The notes beneath the pieces are model-generated. The model worked only from the letters and a program-made list of their open reading frames with translations, had not been told where the DNA came from and did not search any database. A program made the translations under genes and the position numbers. A DNA stretch of 63,715 nucleotides, filler included, from Stramenopiles sp. TOSAG23-2 (lineage: Eukaryota), in the NCBI GenBank assembly GCA_900128395.1. It is 11 parts of 11 records of this genome, joined end to end, with 100 filler letters (N's around TTAATTAATTAA, not from the genome) between each part and the next. Parts side by side here need not be neighbours in the genome. Positions count along the whole stretch, not along the records: positions 7,453 to 14,792 come from LT650331.1; positions 14,893 to 22,216 come from LT650332.1; 9 more parts are not named here. One strand, 5' to 3'. Each line of letters starts with the position of its first letter. Position 1 is the first letter of the stretch. Shown piece after piece: positions 10,239 through 21,783 of this stretch.

Positions 10239-12815
10239 ATGCAACGATATATTAATAAAATAATCCTTTTGCAATGGTGTTTAATATTATCAATATTATA
10301 CATTTTTTCGAGAAATACTAACAACAACAACAATCATATTTTTGTACAAGCAATTCAAGACTCTTACAATCCAGAGGAAGAAGAATCACAAGGTGGATAC
10401 AATGATGGTGATGATGATGATGATTTTATGTTCAGTTCTGATAAAAGGACTGGCGCTCTATTAGAATCAGAATTTTACATACGTGTTTTATTAGTAGGTT
10501 TTTCAAATGATGGTCAACAACAAATATCTTTACCAATTAATACAATAGAAGAGCATTTACAACATTCAATATCATCCCACCAACCTTCGTCTGGAGATGA
10601 ATATGGTGGCAAATTCCAGCAATTAAATGCCAAATTTCATTTAAAGTTTGAAGTCGCAAAAGCATCTACGGAGAGTTTACGTAATTACGAAAGTATTTTA
10701 GGAGAAAATTTAAAGTTAGCTGACCAAAATACAGTATCCATTTTTGAAGATGTGAAAACATATGATGTCGAAGTTATTGGGCAAGTTGAGGAATATTTTG
10801 ATAGCGTTTTTGAAGATGAATTTATTAATAAGGCATCGTCTAAATATGGTGACGTAGCATTAGATAGTTTGCATGGTGTAATTATAGTGAATCCAGATAA
10901 ATTAAATAGCGATGGCAAGATGATTCCAAAAGGACATGTGCCAAAAAATGCACCTTTTCGATATCGATATACATATGGTGGTGCAGGTTATGCACAAAGT
11001 TGGCTTGCGAAAAAAAAGTATATTGTAATAGATTTAAGTTCAGGACCATGTTCCTTTGGACCAGTTCATGCTAATGAAGGTACCGTAGCATCATCATCGT
11101 TTCCTAGAATTAGTTTTTATAAATATGAATTCATGTCCGATGAAAAAAGCAAAGCAATGAAGTTACCACAACATGATATCATTTCTTCCATAACTAGTTT
11201 AATTGGTTCTGCAGTGAAACACGTGTTTTTACCTGACATATCACGTGAAACAGTGTATTTTGCAGAAAAAGTTATTGTGCCAATCATAGCATTGCGAGAC
11301 CACAAACGGTTTAATCCATTGTTGTTGGATAGTAATACAGAGGACAATTCAAACATGAATGTAAATAATAATGTCAACAAAATTGTGCATGATGTGTTGG
11401 AACAATCATTATTGCCAGATCAAGAATTAGTTATAGTTGATTCATTACATGATTTGAATGATCATAAACAAATATTTGCAGCGTTATACAGCTCTATACG
11501 CACGGATACGGTATATGACTTGCGTGGAGATAAATACATTCCCACAATACATCGATATATTGATGAAGACATCTTGCTAGATAGTTTGCGTGATGCTGGT
11601 GATATGCTTGCTGAAGGATTACTCCGATCTGCTCAGCTGTACCATGTAGATCCATTACTCGCAGCAATGGAAAATGCAGAGGAGCAAATGGATGCAGATT
11701 CACTTTCTCATATGAAATTGCCGTATCAGCATAGTGATAAAACGCATTTAAGTAAAGATGGAAAGGCAATAAACCCGGAAACAATGCCAAAATTATCCAT
11801 GGAAAATATGAAAGAAAGAAATAAGTACAATAAACAAAACAGAAAGAACAATAGGCAAAAAATCAAAGGAGCTAAAATAATTCCAGTGTATTTGTTCTCT
11901 TTCGGTAGTGGATTAGATAATGGATTGGATGGTTTGTTATTTAAAGATCATAGTAGCGTCAAAGCTATTGGTGATTGTGTCATTGTATTGCAAAGTGATG
12001 TACCAAATCCGGTTATTCCATTTTTTGCAGATGGCAGCAAAGTAGAATTGAACGTACGTGATCCAACTCGCCATATAATCGCTGGATTGGCAAAGACGAT
12101 TGGCGGCTTGATGGAACCATATCGTTTTTACTCACCAAAACATGAAAAAATCTTAGTTGATTACAAATGGGCATTTGGTTGCACACCGTTTGGTCCATTT
12201 TCAAAATTAAATTGTATTTCTGATATTTATATTGATATGGCATTCCGAAACGAAGTCATATCAAGACTTAACAGTGCTTTAAAAATCTCTAGAAAGGCAA
12301 TACGGCTTGTCGATGTCTTTGCACGTAAATATTTATTCGATTATGGACACAATAATTCATGGATCGATCGTACCTATCATGAAAATGAAGAATCACATGC
12401 AATGAGGGTAAATTCACCTATGGCATTTGACGTTGTTGCTAGGTTACATGAATCAGTCCAAGGACTTGTACAACAATTTGGAGAGTCAACTCAATTAATG
12501 TGGGATTCAAAATTTCGCGAGTTGCATTTTAAGTCCGTAACCATTCTTCGTAGTGCATCCGCATTTCATGCATATACAATCGGGGAGTTGGATTTAATAC
12601 GCCATGAAATGTCATGCTGCCGTGTGAAGTATAATGTTTTGAAAACTGATATTACACTTTGGGATTATCTCTTGATGACAGATTGGATACGCGAGTATAC
12701 TGTGTTGATTTCCATTTCTTGTATTTTGTTTTGTTGTTTACGAATATTTGTTTTTGGTGGCGGTGATAATAATAAAAGACGGAGTCGTCCAAGACCTGGG
12801 AGAGGATATTTGTAA
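10239..12815 (+). CDS. Type I secretory-pathway membrane protein, plant At4g16180-like family
   Basis: 858 aa; signal peptide; IVIDLSSGPCSFG, WAFGCTPFGPFS and D.AFRNEVISRLNSAL blocks recalled from that family; single C-terminal TM with basic tail. Confidence 0.6.
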   Translation: MQRYINKIILLQWCLILSILYIFSRNTNNNNNHIFVQAIQDSYNPEEEESQGGYNDGDDDDDFMFSSDKRTGALLESEFYIRVLLVGFSNDGQQQISLPINTIEEHLQHSISSHQPSSGDEYGGKFQQLNAKFHLKFEVAKASTESLRNYESILGENLKLADQNTVSIFEDVKTYDVEVIGQVEEYFDSVFEDEFINKASSKYGDVALDSLHGVIIVNPDKLNSDGKMIPKGHVPKNAPFRYRYTYGGAGYAQSWLAKKKYIVIDLSSGPCSFGPVHANEGTVASSSFPRISFYKYEFMSDEKSKAMKLPQHDIISSITSLIGSAVKHVFLPDISRETVYFAEKVIVPIIALRDHKRFNPLLLDSNTEDNSNMNVNNNVNKIVHDVLEQSLLPDQELVIVDSLHDLNDHKQIFAALYSSIRTDTVYDLRGDKYIPTIHRYIDEDILLDSLRDAGDMLAEGLLRSAQLYHVDPLLAAMENAEEQMDADSLSHMKLPYQHSDKTHLSKDGKAINPETMPKLSMENMKERNKYNKQNRKNNRQKIKGAKIIPVYLFSFGSGLDNGLDGLLFKDHSSVKAIGDCVIVLQSDVPNPVIPFFADGSKVELNVRDPTRHIIAGLAKTIGGLMEPYRFYSPKHEKILVDYKWAFGCTPFGPFSKLNCISDIYIDMAFRNEVISRLNSALKISRKAIRLVDVFARKYLFDYGHNNSWIDRTYHENEESHAMRVNSPMAFDVVARLHESVQGLVQQFGESTQLMWDSKFRELHFKSVTILRSASAFHAYTIGELDLIRHEMSCCRVKYNVLKTDITLWDYLLMTDWIREYTVLISISCILFCCLRIFVFGGGDNNKRRSRPRPGRGYL

Positions 12816-13237
12816 GAAAAGTACGACAGAGAACAATTTGATATACACTAGTACGATTCACTTTGGACAAAGCAAATGAAGTCTTTCCTAAAACATTATT
12901 AAAGTGGTATGAGTTTCGTAATATTTTATATTTTTTTTCTTTTTTTTTTCCAACAAATTCTAATCAAACTGGCAAAGTCTTTTTTGTAATAATAATTATT
13001 AATAATAAAAATATAATCTTCTTTCTTATTACCTGTATACCAGTATACCAGGTACCAGGTATATATTAGCACACAACAATTCTATTATGAATGAATAATA
13101 ATAATGAAAAATAAAATATTACTCGTATCAAATTATCAAATAATATGTACATTGATAAATACAATCAAGGTGTATTCCATATCCTATATTTAATTTTATT
13201 ATATGTATGTATAAATTGAATATTCTATATTACCATA

Positions 13238-14548
13238 ATGAATATAATACCACCACCATTGAAAAAACATGTTGATATTAAAATAAGAATTCTTTATTGT
13301 TTAACATTTGCAGTGGCAGCAGCAATTTTATCAAAATGGCAATTATTTGGACCAATAGCTTGGTTGTTTTTTGGCATATCATTGCAATGGGTCTGGGTAA
13401 GCTTTCCCATAGTAAAGGCAAAACGTAGACGTAAGCTTGGGAATAGAAAAGCAAACAAACTGCAAAAGAAAGCTAAAAAGAATAAGACATTACAAGAGAA
13501 TAGTAACAATAAAGAGATTACAAAATTACCTTCTAGAAGATTAGAAAACGCAACACAATATCCAAAATATGACATAGAGTTAGACTATTCGTTTGAGCAG
13601 GTAGTACATGCATTTTTTAATAAATATAAAGATCCTTTACCCGACCCAGAGTTTCCTGAAATTTTGAGTATAGTTGTAAATAAAGATGAAACTTTGTCAA
13701 ACGGTTTGATTTTGAAACGACGAACATTCACAATTAAAAATGAGGAAGATATGCCATATGTAATGCGCCAAATGTTGTCAGCTGATACGGTAGTTTTCGA
13801 AGAGAATTGTATTATTGATATGAAAAATAAAACTTTAGAAATGTCAACTCATAACGCAAATTTTTCTGGTTTGGGGCAAATGTTAGACTTGCAATATTTA
13901 AAAGTAGATCCAGCGAAACCTGGCAAAACTATATTTACAGAAACGGGAGAAGTATCTTTATTTGGAGTCCCATGGTTATTACGGAGTAAAGCAGAAGGGC
14001 TAGTAGTTGAAGGTTTTAAAGAAAAATTTGATGATTCCATTACATATTTTAAGCAACGATTAGCTAAATTATTTCCACCGTCAACATCTTCGTCCTCAAC
14101 ATCGTCAGCACCATTATTATCATCATCATCAACAACAACAACTACAGTAGCTGCAGTAGCACCAGAGGAGGATAAAGAAGAAAAGAAAGCAGATAACTAC
14201 CCAGGCGATGATGATACAAATGTCACAGAAACTAAAAGTAACGAGGATAATGAAATTATCAATACAAAGGACAATGATATACAAATCAAATTTGAAAGGG
14301 CAGTAAAATATCTAAAAGAAGAAGCGAAGGATCTAAAAATATCCAATGCGGATGGTCTTGAGCTATATGGCTATTACAAAGTTGTTATGGTTGGTAAGTG
14401 TAACATTCAACAACCTGGACTTTTTGATGTAAAAAAAAAAGCTAAGTATGAAGCATGGAAAAGAAAGGAAACTATGTCAAAAGTCGAAGCAATGAATGGA
14501 TACATAAATGTACTACAAAAATTATCACCGAATTGGGAACAGAGTTAG
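13238..14548 (+). CDS. Membrane-anchored PRELI/MSF1 domain plus acyl-CoA-binding (ACBP) domain protein
   Basis: Two N-terminal TM helices; YSFEQVVHAFFNKY..P.P...EIL...NG..L..R PRELI pattern; C-terminal FERAV...LELYGYYK...GKCN...PGLFD.KKKAKYEAW...AM..YI ACBP signature. Confidence 0.75.
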   Translation: MNIIPPPLKKHVDIKIRILYCLTFAVAAAILSKWQLFGPIAWLFFGISLQWVWVSFPIVKAKRRRKLGNRKANKLQKKAKKNKTLQENSNNKEITKLPSRRLENATQYPKYDIELDYSFEQVVHAFFNKYKDPLPDPEFPEILSIVVNKDETLSNGLILKRRTFTIKNEEDMPYVMRQMLSADTVVFEENCIIDMKNKTLEMSTHNANFSGLGQMLDLQYLKVDPAKPGKTIFTETGEVSLFGVPWLLRSKAEGLVVEGFKEKFDDSITYFKQRLAKLFPPSTSSSSTSSAPLLSSSSTTTTTVAAVAPEEDKEEKKADNYPGDDDTNVTETKSNEDNEIINTKDNDIQIKFERAVKYLKEEAKDLKISNADGLELYGYYKVVMVGKCNIQQPGLFDVKKKAKYEAWKRKETMSKVEAMNGYINVLQKLSPNWEQS

Positions 14549-15468
14549 AGTTTTTTCGTTTGTGTAGAGAAGAGATATTTTTTTCATAATAAAAATACGA
14601 AGCGTACGTATATATAATACTTCGTAAAAAAACATTTTAATTTTGATTTAAAATAAAATATTGATTCTTCATTTGTACGTATTCGTATGAGACACTAATC
14701 CTGACAAAACAACCAGAGATGTTGGCTCTTCTGAGTCGACCAAATATGGTCGCTATATTTCTTTATAATAATACAGGGGCTCTAAGTAAAATNNNNNNNN
14801 NNNNNNNNNNNNNNNNNNNNNNNNNNNNNNNNNNNNTTAATTAATTAANNNNNNNNNNNNNNNNNNNNNNNNNNNNNNNNNNNNNNNNNNNNAACATTAA
14901 TTCCGTTTTTCATAAAATTCTACCAAATATGAGTTTCCTGAATTCCGGGATATCCCGGAATTCGCATTCCCCCGTTAGGGGATATTACTTATAAAATCTC
15001 GTAAGCACCATCTCATCGTGCCATTCGACTACCGCACATCCATAATAAAAAAAATCTGGCGGCCTTTCGGCAAACAGGCTACTATTATACTACAAGTATT
15101 CGACTACATGGTATTATACGAAAATAATATAGGCATGAAAGCGAACCGAGGAAATCTGGAAATCCAAAAAAATCCAAAAAAAGAAACCAATGTGCCAACA
15201 GGGAGAACTCCCTGGTGCCAATCTAAATCACCAATCCACGTAAAAGGCAGTTATTTTCCTCATCATCATCACTGTAAGTAGTATTATTTTTTTTATAATA
15301 ATAATATTACATAGCCCGATAGCACCATAGCACAGTGTTTATATATATATATATATGTCTATGCACCTATAATACTGTAAAATTAATACTTACTAATACA
15401 TAAACAAAATTTAAAAACAAAAAAGAAATAATAGAAGACAAAATATATACATTATTTAAGAATAACTC

Positions 15469-15685
15469 TTTTAAGTATCTATTACACCAGTTATGGTATA
15501 GGTTTTGTATCAACAATAAAACCATAAATAGAAGCAATATAATTTAAATATACATAGATAAAGAAATGAAAAACAATTTTAAGTATCTATTACACCAGTT
15601 ATGGTATAGGTTTTGTATCAACAATAAAACCATAAATAGAAGCAATATAATTTAAATATACATAGATAAAGAAATGAAAAACAAT
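15469..15685 (+). repeat. Head-to-tail duplication, ~108-bp unit, spanning the start codon region (probable assembly artefact)
   Basis: TTTTAAGTATCTATTACACC...GAAATGAAAAACAAT occurs twice consecutively. Confidence 0.85.
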
Positions 15686-17524
15686 AACAGTAGTCGTAGT
15701 AATTCAAATAACAGCCCTTCTAATACAACCACTAATAGTAGTGATAGGAAAAAAGCAAAGATTCGTAGTAAAAATGAAAGATCGCCAAATTCAAAACAAA
15801 ATGATTTAGTCGCCCAATTACAACTACAAGGGGATCATTACATGTTAAAAATTGAAGAAGAGAAGCAGTGCATAGACAGATTGGAACGTGATCTCGAAGA
15901 TTTAGAGAAAAAAGAGGAAGACAATGTGAAAAAAATATTACAAGAACGTTTGTCTGCTAAGGAATCACCTAAAACTATTGGAAGAAGGGAAAAGGCTATA
16001 GAAGATCGATTAGTAATAGACATCCAAAATTTAAACAATTTATTTTCAACCAATACGATGCTTCAAAATCAAGTAAATGATTATCGGCAAGAACGAATGA
16101 AATTGGTCTCTTTTATTAAAGGTTTGGATGAGGAAATGTCAACTGGAAAGAATAAATTAAAAGAATATTTGAAGAAAATAGATGTACAAAGCAAAATTAA
16201 TAATACGTTAACCACGGATGTTAAAGAGTTAAAAAAATTAATATTAAAAGAAGAGAAAGAACACCAGGCCTTGATTGTAAAATTATCAGATACAATCGAT
16301 AGAGATAAATTAAAGAGCAGAAATACTAAAATTGATTTGGAACGAAAAAGAAAGAAAGATATGGGAGAGGAGGATGAAGAATTAAAAGAAAGAGAAATGG
16401 AAGTCCGACAAGCAGAGGTAAAGTTAAAGAAGAAGAAAGTGCAAGGAGCATGGAAATTAGCAAAGCAAAGAGCGCATTTAAAATTATCAACAGCCAAGAT
16501 ACGTAAATATGAACATGCGTTCAATGGTATTTTACGAACGAAAAACATTGGCAATTTAAATGAACTAATAAATGTATTTGTATCTTCAAGTCGTCGTGAT
16601 ATTGAAATGGTCAATAAATTAAATAAATTAACATTGCAAACAGATCAATGCAATAGGGAGATACAGGAATTATGGCAAGATATAGATAGCAGGCGTGCGC
16701 CAATGCGTAATGCAGAAGAAACGGTCAATCAACGTATAGTTAGAGAATTAGAAGAAAAAATATTACGATTTCAAGATCATCAAAATCAATATAATCAGCA
16801 ATTTCAATATTCCAATACAATAGTTAATGATATGAAACATGGCGTATATGAAATAGCATCACATCTAGCATGTTTACCAAATAATGGTACGCAAAGCATA
16901 TATTCACATTACGGTGGTAGTACCGGTGGTGGCGACGATGATGGTGGTGGTACGGTAGCAGAGGTTAGGCGTGGCAGCTTTAATGATAACACCAACAATA
17001 TGAATAAAGGCAATGGGCTTGATTTATTAGATAAAGATATGATAAAGACAGTTGCATTGATAGAACAACGATTAAATGAAATTATTGAATTATCATACAA
17101 TTTTACACCTGATGATCAAGTAAAAGATATCAACATTGCAAATAGGGGACCAAACATGCCAGCACGATTAAAACAGAAAGATTTGAGAAGAAGCGTTGTT
17201 GAAAAGCAACGTAAAATAAGTGAGTTAGAAAAAAAATTGAATGAACTAGGCAATAATATAAATAATAATGATGATAATAATAGTGAAGAGAATGCAATAA
17301 ATAAAGAAAATAATAATAACAACCAATTATTAGTGAAGGAAGAGAAATCTGTGGATCTTGATGTTTTTGAGGACAACATTGGTGGCGATGAAGATGAAAA
17401 AAACAATACTTACAGTATTAAAGCACCATCTGTAAATATTACTAAAAGTAGAAAAAAATCCATTCCAAAACGTTTGACGCGTATTGAAATTGAAAAATCA
17501 TTGAGTGAAAAGTTCAGTATTTAG
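15674..17524 (+). CDS. Outer dynein arm docking complex subunit, ODAD1/CCDC114/DC2-like coiled coil
   Basis: IEDRL...N.L...N..LQ.QVND.RQER and KIRKYEHAF..I.....I.NLNELI..F blocks typical of the CCDC63/114/ODA1 family. Confidence 0.65.
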   Translation: MKNNNSSRSNSNNSPSNTTTNSSDRKKAKIRSKNERSPNSKQNDLVAQLQLQGDHYMLKIEEEKQCIDRLERDLEDLEKKEEDNVKKILQERLSAKESPKTIGRREKAIEDRLVIDIQNLNNLFSTNTMLQNQVNDYRQERMKLVSFIKGLDEEMSTGKNKLKEYLKKIDVQSKINNTLTTDVKELKKLILKEEKEHQALIVKLSDTIDRDKLKSRNTKIDLERKRKKDMGEEDEELKEREMEVRQAEVKLKKKKVQGAWKLAKQRAHLKLSTAKIRKYEHAFNGILRTKNIGNLNELINVFVSSSRRDIEMVNKLNKLTLQTDQCNREIQELWQDIDSRRAPMRNAEETVNQRIVRELEEKILRFQDHQNQYNQQFQYSNTIVNDMKHGVYEIASHLACLPNNGTQSIYSHYGGSTGGGDDDGGGTVAEVRRGSFNDNTNNMNKGNGLDLLDKDMIKTVALIEQRLNEIIELSYNFTPDDQVKDINIANRGPNMPARLKQKDLRRSVVEKQRKISELEKKLNELGNNINNNDDNNSEENAINKENNNNNQLLVKEEKSVDLDVFEDNIGGDEDEKNNTYSIKAPSVNITKSRKKSIPKRLTRIEIEKSLSEKFSI

Positions 17525-17691
17525 AAAGTCGTCTCTATACATTTATTTTAAATTTTATGATAAATGAGTAAAAACGTTTTTTATATTATTCCTTCGTAGT
17601 AGACACATAAATATTCCAGATTTTACCAAATTTCATATATTTGTACTTGTTAGTACACTATAAGTTCATATTCTATTTTTTTATTTTTTTT

Positions 17692-17895
17692 CCACTATCC
17701 ACTATTATTGAAATTATTAATAGCACATTACGTAGAATTATACGAACAAGTTTAAAGTACAGGTATTTATATTTTGACGGGATTTTTTGGATCGCCACTA
17801 TCCACTATTATTGAAATTATTAATAGCACATTACGTAGAATTATACGAACAAGTTTAAAGTACAGGTATATATTTTGACGGGATTTTTTGGATCG
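17692..17895 (+). repeat. Head-to-tail duplication, ~104-bp unit; similar near-duplicates at 18072-18458, 20632-20940, 21840-21995, 26813-26995 and 29280-29572
   Basis: Direct repeats read from the sequence, several differing by small indels. Confidence 0.8.
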
Positions 17896-18576
17896 TGGAT
17901 TTACTCTAACTCCTCAGGAAACCCCGCTATGCTATTCGCATAGTATTATATGGCAAAGGTATCATTATCTATTCCTATTTGTTCTACTGTATTATTACCC
18001 CAATAGTGCAATATAATAAGCTCTTTACTCGTCCAGAATTAGAATTCTGAGATTCTGAGCGCAATAGTACATGTATGTTAAATGTGGATATCCCTCTTGT
18101 GCTCTTCTAATTTTCTGATTATTATTATTCTTATATTTAAATAAGAAATGTTATATTATTAGTGCATTCCATTTACTCTTTAGTGCTTTATATTTATATA
18201 TTTACATGTAGATATATAGAAAGAGAGAACAGAAAGAGATAGGAGAGAGCGTCGTGTTTTTCCAAGTGGGCCATGTTGATCGCAAACTATTTGTATGTTA
18301 AATGTGGATATCCCTCTTGTGCTCTTCTTCTAATTTTCTGATTATTATTCTTATATTTTTTAAATAAGAAATGTTATATATTATTAGTGCATTCCATTTA
18401 CTCTTTATATTTATATATTTACATGTAGATATATAGAAAGAGAGAACAGAAAGAGATTATTTAGTGAATACAGATAGAGATTCAATATTACATATATTCA
18501 TTGTAGAAAGTATAGGGCAACGTGTGTGTGTGTGTGTGTGTGTATTTTATAGATAATAGCTGTTACTGATAATAAT

Positions 18577-19971
18577 ATGGAAGGGGGGAAATTAAAGCAT
18601 AACTGTGTAGCTTGTAGAAAAGCCAGAACAAAATGTGATAGGACTGCACCCACTTGCCGACGTTGTAAAAGATTAGGTCTAGCATGCGTGTCTGTTGCTG
18701 TGAAAATTGGTCGACCAACCACACAATCGCGTGAGAAATCAAAATTGCTGTATGATAAAGCAGTGCAGATTGCACTGGAAAGCAAAAATGACAAAGGTCC
18801 AGCAAAAATAATTAAGGATAGTATTTTACACGAAGTTGACTTAGTTGGCAGCATAGTTAAAAAAGATGGGCCAGTTTATCAAGCAATAAAGGCTTTTGTG
18901 ACGTATTGGGTATGGACTGCCGTTAGGCGTGAAACTGTGTTCCTGATGTCAGAGGCTTTATCATTAGCTAGTACGTTTAGGATACCATTTGAATATGTCT
19001 CGAAAATTATGACAAAAATCAAAGAACCTACGTTAACATCTGAACCTTGGGTATACTTTGGTATGATATCAGAAAATACATTTAAAACTAGAATACCAAA
19101 CACAACTTTGGAATCTTGTTATGGGGGTATAAAACTAGTGCGGTGTACATATTTTGGTAGGTCATTATTTCTAGTGTCCGATAAAATGAATAAATATATG
19201 ACTGAAGAACTAGCAAATGAGATGTGGAGAAATAATACTGGAGATGTCTTTGCAAAAATTATGACATCTCCATCGTTGGAACGTTTGTTGAAACCATTTG
19301 GCAAGATGATTTTTAAAAATGATACGACGAAGTATACTTTTGATAAATTAAAAGGAGATATCGAAGCATATGTTTTGGTAAGAACTTTTCATAATATGGA
19401 ATTAATCGATGTAAAAGGTAATACCACTAATCGAAATACAATTATTGTCCAGTTTTTACTTTCCACCTGTGGTGAATATTATCAAGTACATCTTACAATA
19501 AGTAATGATAATAATAATAATAATAATAATCATAATAATAATAGTGAGGGTGATGGTAGCAGTAGTAGTTCTGGTAAGGATACTAACAACACTGCTAAAA
19601 TAACAACAAGCATCAAAACTAGCTCAAACAATGATGTTGTGACTACAACCACCACCGCCGCCAATACAAATAGCAATCATGATAATAATAAAATAGAAAT
19701 GAAGTCGATTAAAACTGAACACAAAGCCGTCAAGCGCTCAATAGAGTCAAGTAATGATAATATTTTAACACCTATAAAAAAGAAGAAAATTGAACTGCCG
19801 CAACAAAAACAAAGTGAAGTAGATTCCCCTAATATTTTTTCAAATAATAATGAGGAAGACGAGAAATACAACTATCTAGACGTTAATTCTGTAAACAATT
19901 TTGATAAGCATTTGTTTCCAGAAATGATTATTGAAGATTTTGACTTTGATACTGACTTCAATTTTACATAA
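18577..19971 (+). CDS. Zn(II)2Cys6 binuclear-cluster transcription factor
   Basis: CVACRKARTKCDRTAPTCRRCKRLGLAC = CX2CX6CX6CX2CX6C, followed by K.GRP; acidic C-terminal tail. Confidence 0.9.
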   Translation: MEGGKLKHNCVACRKARTKCDRTAPTCRRCKRLGLACVSVAVKIGRPTTQSREKSKLLYDKAVQIALESKNDKGPAKIIKDSILHEVDLVGSIVKKDGPVYQAIKAFVTYWVWTAVRRETVFLMSEALSLASTFRIPFEYVSKIMTKIKEPTLTSEPWVYFGMISENTFKTRIPNTTLESCYGGIKLVRCTYFGRSLFLVSDKMNKYMTEELANEMWRNNTGDVFAKIMTSPSLERLLKPFGKMIFKNDTTKYTFDKLKGDIEAYVLVRTFHNMELIDVKGNTTNRNTIIVQFLLSTCGEYYQVHLTISNDNNNNNNNHNNNSEGDGSSSSSGKDTNNTAKITTSIKTSSNNDVVTTTTTAANTNSNHDNNKIEMKSIKTEHKAVKRSIESSNDNILTPIKKKKIELPQQKQSEVDSPNIFSNNNEEDEKYNYLDVNSVNNFDKHLFPEMIIEDFDFDTDFNFT

Positions 19972-20853
19972 AGAACGCATGTTTATTTGATATTTTTCTT
20001 CCAATCAGTTAATCATTTTTGACAACAACAAGTGTATGTATATGTATGCATATTTCTTTGTTTTAAATCATATAAATATATATATGATATATATTATAAT
20101 ATATCGTATCATACGAATATTATAAATCAATGTATTCGTACACATGTGTGTAATTATTAGTATCGTTTCGTTTTGCATTCTATACCCAATTTTTTTATTT
20201 GAAGGGTTTTTTTGTGTATTATAAAAATTTGAAATGAGTGTGATTAAAATAAAAATACATATCATATGACCCTGATAGTCTCAGTGCCAGTATGATATTC
20301 GTATAAAATTTTGGTTAAAATCTAAGTTATAAATATACGTAAAATACTTCGTATATAAAATACGGCGGTGTTCGTATTTTTAAATAAAATTTTTTATGTT
20401 TTTAATAATTGTAAAAACAGAGTCTCTCTGGTGAAAAAGTGCATATCATATATATTATTTACGTATTATATTTTTCATTTTATGTAGCGAGTGTATCATA
20501 TCATCATATCACACGAAAATTAAAAAATAAAAGAGAGTGTTTTTTATTTTTTTTTTTTTTTTAAATATTTGAATATATCATATTTTTTATATTACACAAT
20601 TTTATAATATAGAGTATATTAGTCTCTCACGACTTTCGTAAAAAAATGTGATTATTTAGCTCCTCTCTCTAGTGTTCGTAGATATATATGCGTAATTTAT
20701 GTTATTTATTTTTCTTCTTTTTTTTCTTCTTCTTTTTCTTTTTATGAGGATTATTATTATTGTTACTATTATTATTCGCTTCAACTTTCGTAAAAAAATG
20801 TGATTATTTAGCTCCTCTCTCTAGTGTTCGTAGATATATATGCGTAATTTATG

Positions 20854-21783
20854 TTATTTATTTTTCTTCTTTTTTTTCTTCTTCTTTTTCTTTTTATGAG
20901 GATTATTATTATTGTTACTATTATTATTCGCTTCAACTTCTTGTTTTCCTTTTTGTTGATTGTTGTTGTTTCCATCCTCATTATATAAAAAGCTTAATCT
21001 TGTAGTTGGTGTTGATGAATTTGCATCATCGATTAGCTTTTTGTTGTTCAGCTTTTTATCATTATCATTATTCATTAATTTATTCAGTTTTGATGTTGGT
21101 GTCGATATATGTTGCACCGCATTATTATCTGGTTTATCTTTCTGATTGGTTCCCATTAATCGATTTAACTTAGTTGTTGGCGTACTTATTGATTCAGGAG
21201 TGCTACTGATTGAAATATTATTATTATCGATACTTGCTACCTTCTCGTTGCTGCTACTACTACCATTGTTTTTTCCCGAGTGAGGTTGAACCGGGGTTCC
21301 TACCATTCCTAATGATTGGCGTTGCAATTCTTCAAAACGCAGATTGATTAATTCTTCATCTGCCTCAGTATTTGATTCTACAATTTTTTCACTTGCCACT
21401 TTAAATTTATTTTCATCTTGTTCAATTTTTAACAAGGTATTTCTAGCTAATTCTCTCTCTTTTTTCCACACTGCACTTTGAGAGCGTGTTCTTTTCTCTC
21501 TATTGACCACATTGTTTGCTCCAGTATTGTTACTTTTATCATGTGTGGCCGACGAGATATAGTTTTCCACCACTTGTGGTGGCAAATATTCTTTGGATGG
21601 TGTAACTTTACCACCTTCTATATCATTTAATACAATATTTAACTCACTTACATTTGAATAACTTTCTTGAAAAGTATATCTTCGATATTTATAATAATAT
21701 TGATATATCAAATACGAAAACACGATACCTATAATTAATATTCCTCCTGGTATGACGAACATATATAGTATCGGGTCCATCAT
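20854..21783 (-). CDS. Single-pass membrane protein, hypothetical, with low-complexity tail
   Basis: Likely start MMDPILYMFVIPGGILIIGIVFSYLIY (TM); three STPT.[KR]L repeats; the upstream ORF extension lies in duplicated or microsatellite DNA. Confidence 0.55.
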   Translation of the reverse strand: MMDPILYMFVIPGGILIIGIVFSYLIYQYYYKYRRYTFQESYSNVSELNIVLNDIEGGKVTPSKEYLPPQVVENYISSATHDKSNNTGANNVVNREKRTRSQSAVWKKERELARNTLLKIEQDENKFKVASEKIVESNTEADEELINLRFEELQRQSLGMVGTPVQPHSGKNNGSSSSNEKVASIDNNNISISSTPESISTPTTKLNRLMGTNQKDKPDNNAVQHISTPTSKLNKLMNNDNDKKLNNKKLIDDANSSTPTTRLSFLYNEDGNNNNQQKGKQEVEANNNSNNNNNPHKKKKKKKKKKKNK

